From positions 1,120,001 through 1,184,000 of the forward strand of contig OY970309.1 in NCBI GenBank assembly GCA_963716395.1: a stretch of DNA of 64,000 nucleotides, given 5' to 3'. The DNA is from an uncultured Fibrobacteria bacterium (GTDB lineage Bacteria > Fibrobacterota > Fibrobacteria > UBA11236). Below the pieces are notes generated by a model that searched no databases, was not told where the DNA came from, and was given only the letters and a program-made list of their open reading frames with translations. This document shows, piece after piece, positions 49,837-60,400 of this stretch. Both the position numbers and the translations under genes were made by a program. Every line of letters starts with the position of its first letter. Position 1 is the stretch's first letter.

Positions 49837-51392
49837 AACGCGCGCATCCGGTTATTTCTCCGCCGGCGGCGGGCCTTCCGAGCCTCGGCGTCCGACTCCT
49901 GTGCCTGGTGTTGGGTTGCGCCGGAACTCCGGTTCGGGCCGTCGCTTCGCAATTACCGGTGCTGATCGCGCCGCCGGTGCAGACGACGGATCCGGTTCCC
50001 GCAGGCTTGCAGGCGGCCCTGATTTTGGGCGCGGGCCAAACCGGCCGCTATGCGGCCTTTGCGGTGGAAGCGCGTTTGTCGGCGGGGAAGCTACGCCCCT
50101 GCTTTGACCCGCGCTGCGCCGAGCGCCTGGCGCGCAAAACCAAGGCCGACGCCGTACTGCTGACATCGCTGCGCCGCGCTCCCGATGGCAGGCTGCGTCT
50201 TAGCCTGGTGCTGTATGTTCCGGCCGCGGAGCATCTACGCGCCTTGCGGCGCCTCGCGACTCTCGACAGCTTGCCGGCGGTGGCGCGGGCGGCGGCCGCC
50301 GATTTGACCGCGGGGCGAAACGTCGAGGCCGAAGGCCGGTGGGAGGATGTTTCCTGGTTGTCGCCGCGTGATTCCACGCATTACGGGCGCTTCGTGCGCT
50401 ACGGTTTGTTGGCCGCGCTGGCGGCCGCGGGCGGCGTGGCCCTGGCGGAAGAACAGCAGCGCGCCGATCCGGTTTCGGCGTCACCGCTCGCCCTGGCTCC
50501 CGATTCGGGGTCGGAATCGGATTTGCGCGGGTTTTTCGCCTCGCCGCCGCTGGACGCGCGGGCACAGGGCTTGGGCGGCGCGGGCGCAGGCCTCATGCCC
50601 GAAGCCTTGGCCGTGCTCAATAATCCGGCGGCGCTGGGCCTACTCGAACATCCCGACGTGGTGCTGGCCCACAGCCAGGCGGCCGACGGCTCGCCGCTTT
50701 TGACCGCGGCTTTCGCCGCGCCGACTTCGGGGTCGTGGAGCCAGGGCGTCGCCCTGCATTATGCCGGCGACGGATTGGAATCGGAAGCGACCTTAGGTTG
50801 GGCCGGCGCCTATGACGCGGGGTCGTGGACCGAAGCGCTGGCGGGCGTGTGGTTCGGGGCCGCCGGCAAGCTGTACCTGGCCCAGGTGGGCGAAGAGGGC
50901 ACGGGCCAGGACCGCGCGCGTGGCCGGGTTACGGGACTCGGGCTGGATGTGGGCGCGGTGGTGCCGTTGGAAGAGCGGCTAAAGGTATCCTTCATGTTCC
51001 GGGATCTTCTGAGTTTCCTGTGGGAGCGCGACGATTTCACCAACGGAACCGCGTCCGAGGTTTTGCCCCCGGAGTTTCGCGCCGCCGCCGCGGCCACGGC
51101 GCCGGGGGAGCTGCGGTTTTTTCTCGAAGGCGACCGCGGCCTGCCCGAGGCTCCCGTACATATCCGCATCGGCGCCGAAAAAACGCTTTACCGCATTCTC
51201 GCAGCGCGGGCCGGATTTCACCAGGTGTTCGGCGCCCAATCGGTGCGCACCCTCACGGCCGGATTCGGCATCGACACGCGCGGCCTGCGAGCCGCCCCGG
51301 CGTTGTCGGTGGAATTCGCCTTTGAATACGGTTTGGGCGACGAACAGGACTTGGTTTCCGGGCAAGAGTTTTCGCTGGAGATGCAATTCTAG
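49833..51392 (+). CDS. Protein with C-terminal PorV/FadL-like beta-barrel
   Basis: DARAQGLGGA..LAVLNNPAALG, GLGLDVG, RIGAE..LAARAG, terminal FSLEMQF. Confidence 0.65.
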   Translation: MKRAHPVISPPAAGLPSLGVRLLCLVLGCAGTPVRAVASQLPVLIAPPVQTTDPVPAGLQAALILGAGQTGRYAAFAVEARLSAGKLRPCFDPRCAERLARKTKADAVLLTSLRRAPDGRLRLSLVLYVPAAEHLRALRRLATLDSLPAVARAAAADLTAGRNVEAEGRWEDVSWLSPRDSTHYGRFVRYGLLAALAAAGGVALAEEQQRADPVSASPLALAPDSGSESDLRGFFASPPLDARAQGLGGAGAGLMPEALAVLNNPAALGLLEHPDVVLAHSQAADGSPLLTAAFAAPTSGSWSQGVALHYAGDGLESEATLGWAGAYDAGSWTEALAGVWFGAAGKLYLAQVGEEGTGQDRARGRVTGLGLDVGAVVPLEERLKVSFMFRDLLSFLWERDDFTNGTASEVLPPEFRAAAAATAPGELRFFLEGDRGLPEAPVHIRIGAEKTLYRILAARAGFHQVFGAQSVRTLTAGFGIDTRGLRAAPALSVEFAFEYGLGDEQDLVSGQEFSLEMQF

Positions 51393-51515
51393 CACCGGTC
51401 TCCATTCACCCGCGATGGGCTGGAGCTGTCGGGCCCTTCGACAGGGCCCGGCGAAAACCGAGCCCGCCGAAGCGCGCGGCCAGGCACAACGACGGCTTGT
51501 TAAACTTCCCGGGGT

Positions 51516-51992
51516 ATGCTACCGGCGCAAACCGAAGCGTTTCTTGCCGATTATCTCGGATCGGAGCATTTTCTTTTTGTCGATCCGGGCTTGAAAGAAT
51601 CTGCCGAATCCGTGTTGCGCGCTTTCTTTTCCTCGGCTGCAAACCGCGGAGCCGGAACGCTGGAAGCGTTGACGGTCAAGGCGGCCGAAGCTGTGCTCAT
51701 GCAGGATTTGGGTCGGCTCGATTTGCCCGCAGCGGCCAAACGCGCCGTGCCCGATTTGCTCGGGGGTTTTTTCGGGTATTTGCACGACACCGGCCGCTAT
51801 CCCGCCGCCGGAGCCTGGCGCGAATGCGTGGAGGCCGCGGCGCCGCGCTTTTGCCGCGCCTTGCGCGACGATGGCAGCGTGCGCGGCCAGACCTTCAAGA
51901 AACAATACACCGACGTGGGGCGCAACGATCCCTGCCCCTGCGGCAGCGGCCGAAAATTCAAGAAGTGCTGCGGACCCCTGCTCGGGGTGTAG
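51516..51992 (+). CDS. SEC-C motif protein
   Basis: [20 protein letters not shown]. Confidence 0.88.
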   Translation: MLPAQTEAFLADYLGSEHFLFVDPGLKESAESVLRAFFSSAANRGAGTLEALTVKAAEAVLMQDLGRLDLPAAAKRAVPDLLGGFFGYLHDTGRYPAAGAWRECVEAAAPRFCRALRDDGSVRGQTFKKQYTDVGRNDPCPCGSGRKFKKCCGPLLGV

Positions 51993-52073
51993 CCGCCAGG
52001 TTACCTACGCCGGGTGCGGGCAAGTTCCAGCGTGGCCGGGGCCGCCGGCCGGGAGGATTGTACTTTTCGCCGC

Positions 52074-53066
52074 ATGCCCGACGCCGCCGGCCCCGATGAA
52101 CCGCTGCTGCGCGTCGAAAACCTGTCACTGGGGTTCCGCAACGGCGACCGTATGGTTCCGGTTACCGAGGGCGTAAGCTTTGAAGTGCGCCGGGGCGAAG
52201 TGTTCGGCCTGGTGGGTGAATCGGGCTGCGGTAAAACCGTGACCTGCCTGGGGCTGCTGCAACTGCTGCCGGGCGGCGCCGAAGCCGTGATCTCCGGACA
52301 GGCCCGATTTGCAGGTCGCGATTTGCTACGCCTGCCCCCGGAGGAAATGCGCGCCGTGCGCGGCGCCGAAATCGCCATGATTTTCCAGGAACCGTCGGCG
52401 GCCCTAAATCCTCTCTTGCCCGTCGGCCGCCAATTACGGCTGCCCTTTCGCTACCACCCCTTCGCCGGCGACCCCGATGCCCGCATCGCCGAGCTGCTCC
52501 GGCGCGTGGGTTTTTCCGAACCCGGCCGCGTGCTGCAAGCCTATCCCCACGAGCTGTCGGGCGGCATGCTGCAACGCGTGCTCATCGCCCATGCCCTGCT
52601 GCTGCGGCCCCGGCTGCTGCTGGCCGACGAACCCACCACCGCCCTCGACGTCACAGTGCAGGCGCAGATTCTGGATCTTGTGGCCGAACTGCAGCGCGCC
52701 TCCGAATTGAGCGTGATATTAATCACCCATAATCTCAATCTCGTGGCCCAATACGCCCATAAAGTGGCGGTGATGTACGCCGGCCGCTTGGTCGAAGAGG
52801 CGCCGGTAGCGGCGTTTCTGGAACGGCCGCTGCACCCTTATGCGCAGGGGCTGTTGCGGGCCCTGCCCTCGCCGCGCAGTGGCGAACCGCTGCAACCGAT
52901 TGCGGGCACCGTGCCGCCTCCGGATCGCTATCCCACGGGCTGCCGTTTTCGCGATCGTTGTCCGCGGGCCTTCGACCGCTGCGCTCTCGACCCCCCCTGG
53001 ATCCGGGTGGAGGCGGAGCATCGCGTGGCCTGTCACCTCTTCGGACCCGGCGCTCCGGACCTCTGA
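52074..53066 (+). CDS. Oligo/dipeptide ABC transporter ATP-binding subunit (OppD/DppD-type)
   Basis: GESGCGKT, YPHELSGGMLQRV, DEPTTALDVTVQAQI, GCRFRDRC. Confidence 0.93.
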   Translation: MPDAAGPDEPLLRVENLSLGFRNGDRMVPVTEGVSFEVRRGEVFGLVGESGCGKTVTCLGLLQLLPGGAEAVISGQARFAGRDLLRLPPEEMRAVRGAEIAMIFQEPSAALNPLLPVGRQLRLPFRYHPFAGDPDARIAELLRRVGFSEPGRVLQAYPHELSGGMLQRVLIAHALLLRPRLLLADEPTTALDVTVQAQILDLVAELQRASELSVILITHNLNLVAQYAHKVAVMYAGRLVEEAPVAAFLERPLHPYAQGLLRALPSPRSGEPLQPIAGTVPPPDRYPTGCRFRDRCPRAFDRCALDPPWIRVEAEHRVACHLFGPGAPDL

Positions 53067-53098
53067 TTCGCCGGCCGGAAAAGGTCGTCTTTTGCCGA

Positions 53099-54487
53099 TC
53101 AATACGCAGCGAGGTTCTTTCTGACGACCTTCGCCCCGGCCCGGAATTCGAGGATGTAACGGCCGCGGGAAAGCGATGCCAGCGGCAATTTCACTGCGTG
53201 ATTCCCCGCCGGCAGAAAAGCCTGGATCAGGTTCGCGACGACGGCGCCCTGCAGGTTCAAGAGCCGCAGGGTCACCGAAGACGCGTCGGGAACGCGATAA
53301 TGGATCACGCCCGCCTGCACCGTCAGCCCATTCAACAAAAAAATCCCATTGGGGCCGGAAGGCCGGATGCTCTCGCTGGAAAAGCTTCCGGATTTGGCGC
53401 CGGCCACGATCGCCTGCGCGATGGTCGGAAAATCCCAGGAAGGCGGGTTGGTCTTTCTGTTCAGGAGGTGAAAAGAGGCGCCGTCATCCCACCAGACCGG
53501 AAGCATGCCGTAGATCCGGCATTGTTGCGCGTAATAGAACGCATGCTGCACGCGCGAATTCAGGTCATCGCAATTCTCGGTGCCCCATTCGCCGACGATG
53601 GCGGTCCCATGCTTCGTGGCCACCATGCCTTGCTCCGATTGCAGATCGCTTCGGATGCCGGCCGAATCGGAGGCGGAACCCCAGGTGTTCGGACTGCAAT
53701 TCATGGAATAATTGACCGGGTCATAGGTGTGGATCGAGACGATGATATTGTCATCGACCATGGGGATGGTGCCGACCGAGACCGCGATGGGGGAGGCGGA
53801 AATGCCTTGCAGCACGATCATGCGGGTGGCGTTGTTCCCCCCCGTGGCGCGGATGGCGTTTACGGCCGCCTTCTGGTAGGCCGCCAGATTGGCGCGGCTG
53901 GCGGAATCCCCTCCGCCATACTCATTGGGGGCCCCATTCTGGGGTTCGTTGAAAATCTCGAAGACGACGTAATCTCCATAATCCTTGAAAGCATTGGCGA
54001 TCTGCGTCCAAATCGCGGCCACCTCGGTTGAAATCGCGGGCACTTGCGCGGGGGTTGCATTCAAGGGAAACCAGCCGCCCGTTGTCCCGTCATGATGGAT
54101 ATTGACCATGACGTACATGCTGTCATTGAGAGCGTAGTTGGCGATGGTCACGACCCGCGCGAGCCAGGTCGGATCGATAGTGTAGTTGGGAGCGCCGCCG
54201 AAATGGCCTTGCCAGGTTACCGGCAGCCGCATGAATTTGAATCCCATGGCATGCACCGCATCGATCATCGCCTGCGTCGTCACGGGATTGCCCCAACTGG
54301 TTTCATCGGGGGTGGCATCCATGGTATTGCCCAGGTTCCAGCCGACCAGCATATCCTGGACATATTGCTTCGGGGTCCAACCCCGCATGGGGGCATAGGC
54401 TACGCTGGCGGCGTGGAGATGGGGTACGCCAAGAGTTGCGATCAAGAAAAAGCTTAGCGTTTGGCGGATGGATACCCCTTTAGACAT
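53099..54487 (-). CDS. GH5 endoglucanase/xyloglucanase (GH5_4-like), secreted, with C-terminal sorting-like domain
   Basis: GWNLGNTMD, RLPVTW, NIHHD, FEIFNEP, VSIHTY, VGEWG, WWDDG. Confidence 0.93.
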   Translation of the reverse strand: MSKGVSIRQTLSFFLIATLGVPHLHAASVAYAPMRGWTPKQYVQDMLVGWNLGNTMDATPDETSWGNPVTTQAMIDAVHAMGFKFMRLPVTWQGHFGGAPNYTIDPTWLARVVTIANYALNDSMYVMVNIHHDGTTGGWFPLNATPAQVPAISTEVAAIWTQIANAFKDYGDYVVFEIFNEPQNGAPNEYGGGDSASRANLAAYQKAAVNAIRATGGNNATRMIVLQGISASPIAVSVGTIPMVDDNIIVSIHTYDPVNYSMNCSPNTWGSASDSAGIRSDLQSEQGMVATKHGTAIVGEWGTENCDDLNSRVQHAFYYAQQCRIYGMLPVWWDDGASFHLLNRKTNPPSWDFPTIAQAIVAGAKSGSFSSESIRPSGPNGIFLLNGLTVQAGVIHYRVPDASSVTLRLLNLQGAVVANLIQAFLPAGNHAVKLPLASLSRGRYILEFRAGAKVVRKNLAAY

Positions 54488-54859
54488 GGTAAACCCTTCG
54501 CAATGATTAGATGTTGGTTTCACCTTCGACTCGGTAAAATCCGGTGCCCCGATGGGATCGACCTTTCTACAACAGTATCTTGTAGCGGCTTCCTCGTTCA
54601 AAGCCTTTGGAAAGCTCGGCTAATTTTTTCCCTACCGTAGCGCCGAAGCGCTGTTTGTGCAGGGCTTTTCTAGGCGTGGACGCACGGGCGGTTTTTCCAC
54701 CCGGGTCCGCGCTGCGCCACCCCGGCTACATCTTCGGTCGATCAGGAAGGATATTTTCACTCGGGGGCCACAAATCACTTCTTCACGCATAACGGGTAAG
54801 TCCCAATCAAACCACGGTAAAACCGCGGACGCACGCCGCTTCGGGCGGGAACCTTGGCC

Positions 54860-55831
54860 ATGACTTCCGTTCCTCTGCTGTCCGCGCGCCGATTCCGCAC
54901 CTTCTTTCCCATCACCGGAGGTTTGTGGCGCCGCACCGTGGGGCAGGTTCAGGCGGTGCGCGACGTTACGTTGGCGATTTTTCCCGGCGAAGTGGTGGCC
55001 TTGGTGGGCGAATCGGGTTGCGGCAAAAGCACCCTGGGGTTTTCACTGCTGGGTCTGGTGCCGCCCACGGCGGGCGAACTTGAGCTCGACGGCCGGCGCG
55101 TCGATCTCCGCAAACCGTCTGCGTGGAAGCCCTTTCGCCGCGATTTTCAAATCGTCTTCCAGGATCCCTACTCCGCGCTTAACCCGCGCCTGACGGTCTT
55201 CGAACTTTTATCCGAACCTCTGCGCGTGCACAAACTGGTTCCGCCGGCGGAATTGCGGCCCGCCGCGGCGGAATTGTTGCGGCAGGTGGGCCTGGAGCCC
55301 GAAATGCTCGATCGCTTTCCCCATGCCTTTTCGGGCGGACAGCGCCAACGTCTTTGCATTGCACGCGCCTTGGGCCTGCGTCCCAAATTGCTGGTTTGCG
55401 ACGAAGTTGTGTCGGCCCTCGACGTGTCGGTGCAGGCGCAAATCGTCAACCTCTTGCTGGAATTGAAACGCCGCCATCATTTGGCTTTGCTCTTCATCAC
55501 CCATGATCTGTCGCTGGTGCGGGCCATCGCCAATCGCGTGCTGGTCATGTATCTGGGTCGCATCGTCGAAAGCGCGCCGGCCGAGGCCTTATTCCGCGCT
55601 CCCGCACACCCCTATACGCGGGCCTTGCTCGACGCCATTCCCACCTTGGATCGCGACCGCCGGCCCAAGCCTCTGGCCGGGGAAATTCCCTCGGCCTCCG
55701 ACCCGCCGCCAGGCTGTTCCTTTGCCGGCCGCTGCCCCCGCGCTCAGGATCGCTGCCGGCGCGCCAGCCCCGAATTGCATGAGCTGGGTGGCGGCCGCGA
55801 GGTCGCCTGTTTCGACCCGTTATCCGGGTGA
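54860..55831 (+). CDS. Oligo/dipeptide ABC transporter ATP-binding subunit (OppF/DppF-type)
   Basis: GESGCGKST, FQDPYSALNPR, FSGGQRQR, SALDVSVQAQI. Confidence 0.93.
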   Translation: MTSVPLLSARRFRTFFPITGGLWRRTVGQVQAVRDVTLAIFPGEVVALVGESGCGKSTLGFSLLGLVPPTAGELELDGRRVDLRKPSAWKPFRRDFQIVFQDPYSALNPRLTVFELLSEPLRVHKLVPPAELRPAAAELLRQVGLEPEMLDRFPHAFSGGQRQRLCIARALGLRPKLLVCDEVVSALDVSVQAQIVNLLLELKRRHHLALLFITHDLSLVRAIANRVLVMYLGRIVESAPAEALFRAPAHPYTRALLDAIPTLDRDRRPKPLAGEIPSASDPPPGCSFAGRCPRAQDRCRRASPELHELGGGREVACFDPLSG

Positions 55832-55994
55832 CGAAGGCCGTATCAAACTTGCGGCCAAAGGGTTCGTGTCAAATGCCGAACCAAATTCTGGAATTCTCGC
55901 CGTTTATCGACTGTGATTTTCCCTGCCGCCCACGTGCGTGGATCGAAGGTATTTTACCAAGACGAGGGGGCGGATTTTCAGCCAGGGGGAAGTC

Positions 55995-57440
55995 ATGGGT
56001 AATAAAAATTTTGGCACGGCGCTAACGATCCTTTTTGTGATGGCTGTCATGGGGTTGGCCGCGCCTTTGCCGACAACGGTGACCTTCACCAATTTTTTCG
56101 GAAACCAGGTCACCTTTCAGAATCCGCTGTATTTCAGCGAGATGCCGGGGAAACCCGGATATTACGTCGTGCTGGAGCAATATTTGGGACAGGTCAGCGT
56201 GGTGCACAAAGAGAATGGAACCTGGGTCAAAACCGTGATGGATACGGTAACCCTTGGTCCCGATGTCACGGCGCAAAATGAAATGGGTCTTCTGGGCATC
56301 GCCTTTCATCCCGACTACGCGACGACGCACAAGTATTATCTGACCTATAATCCCACTACCGCGGCGACCTGGTTGGTGGCCCGGCAAGCCGACACGTCGC
56401 TTATTCGCCGGGACACGACCGTGGCTTCGGTGCATTTTCTCACCATCAACAAGCCCTACACCAATCACAATGGCGGCACCATTGGATTCTCGCCCAAGGA
56501 TACGGGCAGCTATCTGTATTTCGGAACCGGGGACGGTGGCGGCACCAATGGCGATTCACTCAACCGAGCGCAAAGCCCCGATTCGCTGCAGGGAAAATTC
56601 CTGCGCATCGACGTCGATCATCCGGCCAACGGCAAACCTTACGGCATTCCGGCCGACAATCCCTTCATCGACAGCGCCGACTATGCCCCGGAAATTTTTT
56701 CGCTGGGCGAACGCAATCCCTGGAAATGGAGCTTCGATCCGGTGACGGGAATCATGTGGCTGGGGCATGTGGGGCAGGATTTGTGGGAAGCGGCCACCGT
56801 GGTTCCCAAAGGCAGCAACCTCGGCTGGCACGTGGTCGAAGGCGGGCATTGCTATGACCCGGCCACCGGCTGCAGCATGGCCGGCTACCAGATGCCCTTC
56901 ACCAGTTACGAACACGGCGCCTCGACCCTGTTCACGGGATATTGCGTTATCGGCGGTTACGTCTATCGCGGCAATCCGAATTCACCTTTTTACGGCGTGT
57001 ATTTCATGGGGGATAACAACAACGGCAAGGTGTGGGCGGTAAAAACCGACGGCGTGTCGGTGCAAGACAGCGCGTTGGAAGGCACGGTCAGCAATCTCAC
57101 TTCCTTTGGAACCGACTTGGCCGGCAATTTGTACGCCGTAAGCCGCGACGGACCGATCTATGCCCTGGGGGGGCCGGATCTCGTCCCTTCGGCAATTTCC
57201 CAGTTCGCGAAATCCACCCGTCAAAATTTTGCAAATACCACATTAACCTCTCCGGGGGCGCTACTGCCCACAAACTTGTTCGGCTCTTATATTTACGCAA
57301 ATCTGTATTCCCTGGCCGGGAGGCGAGTCGCGATCATCGAGCGAAATAACGCAATAGTCCCTAAAGATATGAAGGCCGGAATGTATATCTTGAAAACGGC
57401 TGGAAACAATTTGAAACCAAGCTTGCTGGTGGTTCAATGA
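55995..57440 (+). CDS. PQQ-dependent sugar dehydrogenase (GSDH beta-propeller) family protein, secreted, with C-terminal sorting-like domain
   Basis: EMGLLGIAFHPDY, NHNGG, YFGTGDGG, GKFLRIDVD, RNPWK, HVGQD. Confidence 0.88.
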   Translation: MGNKNFGTALTILFVMAVMGLAAPLPTTVTFTNFFGNQVTFQNPLYFSEMPGKPGYYVVLEQYLGQVSVVHKENGTWVKTVMDTVTLGPDVTAQNEMGLLGIAFHPDYATTHKYYLTYNPTTAATWLVARQADTSLIRRDTTVASVHFLTINKPYTNHNGGTIGFSPKDTGSYLYFGTGDGGGTNGDSLNRAQSPDSLQGKFLRIDVDHPANGKPYGIPADNPFIDSADYAPEIFSLGERNPWKWSFDPVTGIMWLGHVGQDLWEAATVVPKGSNLGWHVVEGGHCYDPATGCSMAGYQMPFTSYEHGASTLFTGYCVIGGYVYRGNPNSPFYGVYFMGDNNNGKVWAVKTDGVSVQDSALEGTVSNLTSFGTDLAGNLYAVSRDGPIYALGGPDLVPSAISQFAKSTRQNFANTTLTSPGALLPTNLFGSYIYANLYSLAGRRVAIIERNNAIVPKDMKAGMYILKTAGNNLKPSLLVVQ

Positions 57441-57450
57441 ATCGCCGGAT

Positions 57451-60400
57451 CTACTGTTCGTAGGCACCCATATCAACCCGGCCCGACTGCACACGCCGAG
57501 CGCCCGTGATATCGGTGGCGGGAAGATCCGCGGTATTGGTGTCGCCGGAATTGATACAAGGACTGTGGGCAAAGAGATTCAAGCCATCATCGGATGTAAA
57601 GTATTTTCCATCGAGGCCGGTGGGGGATGCGGAATTCTTAAAAAGAGGGTTATCTACTATGTTACCGGCCATCGATTGTATAACCCCCGCACCAATCTTT
57701 TGAATGGAATTTGTTCCGCCAGTAATGTCGGAATAACTAATTGATAAGCTATCGATACCTTCGGGGACAGATGCTGTATCTGACGCGACAACGATGCGAT
57801 AGATATCGCTTCCCCAAAAAATCGAATTCTTTACAGTAGCTTGCATGGCACTACCAGTCGGTGAATTTAGATATAAATCGCCACCGCTATTATTCATTGA
57901 GGAGTTATTCATAAATGTGCAATTACTCATATTTAACGTTGAAGCACTGCCATAGATCGCGCCTCCCGTTGACGCCGAGTTTGAAGTAAATACACAATTT
58001 TCCAAGGTTAAGTTTACCGATCCAGTAAAAGATATTGCGCCTCCTGACGACCCTAAATTCCCGGCATTTCCGGAGAAGAGGGTGTTCAATATTGTGGTGT
58101 TTCCGGAATTGATTCGAACCCCTCCGACACCGCCTGTTGATGAAGGATGGTTACTAATGAATTGACAAGACATAATGACAGGTGTGCCATCTTCGATATC
58201 CAAAGCTCCTGAGGGTCCTGTGTTGTCTTCGAAAATGCAATTGGATAAAGTCGGCGCCCCTCCTGATAAAACAACCGTTGCATATGTTTGGCTTGAATTC
58301 CTTAGGAAAATGCAATTCTGGATATTAGCGTTGGAACCACTATTCAGCATCGCTCCGCCTCCGTACTGCTGTTGTACATTATTATTGTCGCGGAACGTAC
58401 AATTAAACACTTGAGGTGAAACAAATGCGTTTTGCATTGCAGCATTGTATTCATAACCAGCCGTATATGCCTTTTCCAACACAAATCCATCCAAAGTCGC
58501 ATTATCGGCCCCGAAAACAATGATTCCCAAATTATCCGTACTGTCATTGGGATTGCCGCGCTCCCCGCTCAAAGAGGTTTCATTACTAACCCAGTCCCGC
58601 AGAGTACGGTCGTCCTCTTTACCTGAAAACCCGCCGTACATATTGACACCCGTTTTCATTACAAAGCTGGTGTCAAAGGTATCACTGTCGGAACGCCCTG
58701 CAGCAGGCTTATAAATCCCTTTGGCGACCCACAACTCCTGACCGCTTTGAGCTCGACCCAACGCTGTTTGCAAATACTTGTAGGCGGATGTCCACGAATT
58801 TCCATCGCCACCGGCAATGGCCGCGGCGTTCACGAATAGCACATTGCTTCTACGCGTCACGGTAATCGACATCGAACTCGAATTGCCCGCCGAGTCGGTA
58901 GCTGAATCTGCAATGACATTTACCCCTTCATTCAAAGACTTTGTTCCCGCAGCTTGCACAACACCATCGACACTCCATTGAACCTGCACGCTGCTTTGAT
59001 TGGTCACCAAGCTATCCGGGGGCGAAATAATGACAATTTCCGGCGGCGTAATGTCGATTCTGGCGATTCCACTGCTGTCCGGGGCCGACCAATTGCCGGC
59101 GACATCACGCTCCTCGATGTAAAGCACATGCCGCCCTTGGGAAAGATTTGAAGCGGGGGTAAACGACGAATCGGCTTTCCCCACGGTGTCCGAAAAAATC
59201 GCGGTGTCGAGTTTAAAGCGGTAATATCCGCATCCGCCGCTTCCACCCGATTTCCAGGTCCATGTCGGTTTTTGGTTCTTCGTTAACCCTGGAGCCGTAA
59301 CCGAGGGCTTATTGGGCGGCGTCTTGTCCCAAGTCACGGTGATGGAATCCGAAGCCGCATTGTTGGTCAAGGTATCGTGGTAAGTGCGCGTGATGCCGTT
59401 TTGCCCTTCTTTGGAAAAATGCTCGGTGGTGTCGCTGGTTTGCGCCGCGCCGTTCACGCTCCAACGCACGATAACAATGCTGTCACGCGTAACATAGCCG
59501 TTTGCAGGCGAATTGATCACCACCTTCAAGACACGAACCGAGTCGGCGATGCTGAGCTGGAGGGTCAGATGCGACGATGCCGGAGGCTTGTGGCTGTCGG
59601 TGGAAGTAATGGTCACGGTTTTCGCCCCCGAGTCCGAGAACGAAGGCGTGAAAGACCAAGTGAGCGGGTTTTGGCTGATGGAGCCGAGCGAAGCCGCGAA
59701 TGAAACCGAGTCGCCTTCGGCATCGCCGAGATACAGGCTGTCAAGCCGAAGCGACATCACCTTGCCTTGCTTGCCGGCGAGGCTTGCTGAATCCGCTTTC
59801 CACTTGGGCGCGCTATTCGAGTCAAGCACCGTAACCTGTATGTCCAGAGTGTCATACAGCGGGGGATGGCTTTGATCTTCGGTCACGAAATTAAACGTGG
59901 CGCTTACCGAATCGCCGCCCGAATCCACGCAGGCAAAGGCGGGTTTGAAGCTGAACGCGCCGCTGGTGGTGTCATAGCTCGGGTTGCCGCAGGCGGAGGG
60001 CAAGGGGTTTTGCAGATGCAGCAAACGCGCGCTGTCTTGGGCATTGGAATCCTTGGCCATGACATGCAGGGCAAGGGTTGCGCCTTCGTTGATTTGGAAG
60101 GAGGTGCTGCCGCTGTCAGGCAGGGCCAACCACATCAGCGGCTTATGATTTTGGGTATGCGCCGTGTCCGGCACAATCAACGTGTCGAGCTTGGGCGCAC
60201 CTGCCTTGCCGTTGGTGAAGGGCAGCTCCAACATAATGGCCAGGGAATCATGGCGATAACCGGTGAGGACGATTGTGAAATTATTGGAGGGCAAATGCCC
60301 GAGATTCAGGTTTTGAAGTTGCGAAGAGTCTTTGTAGGCATCATGGAAAACGACTTTTTGATTCGTGGTGTCGGTGCCATTGACCACCACGGCTTTGATT

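Noticed and set aside
10440-54031. Long antisense or alternative-frame ORFs (e.g. 10440..12251, 23195..24250, 24216..25349, 25414..26667, 33502..34770, 38730..39734, 52958..54031)
   Set aside because: Shadows of well-supported genes in high-GC sequence; no recognisable motifs
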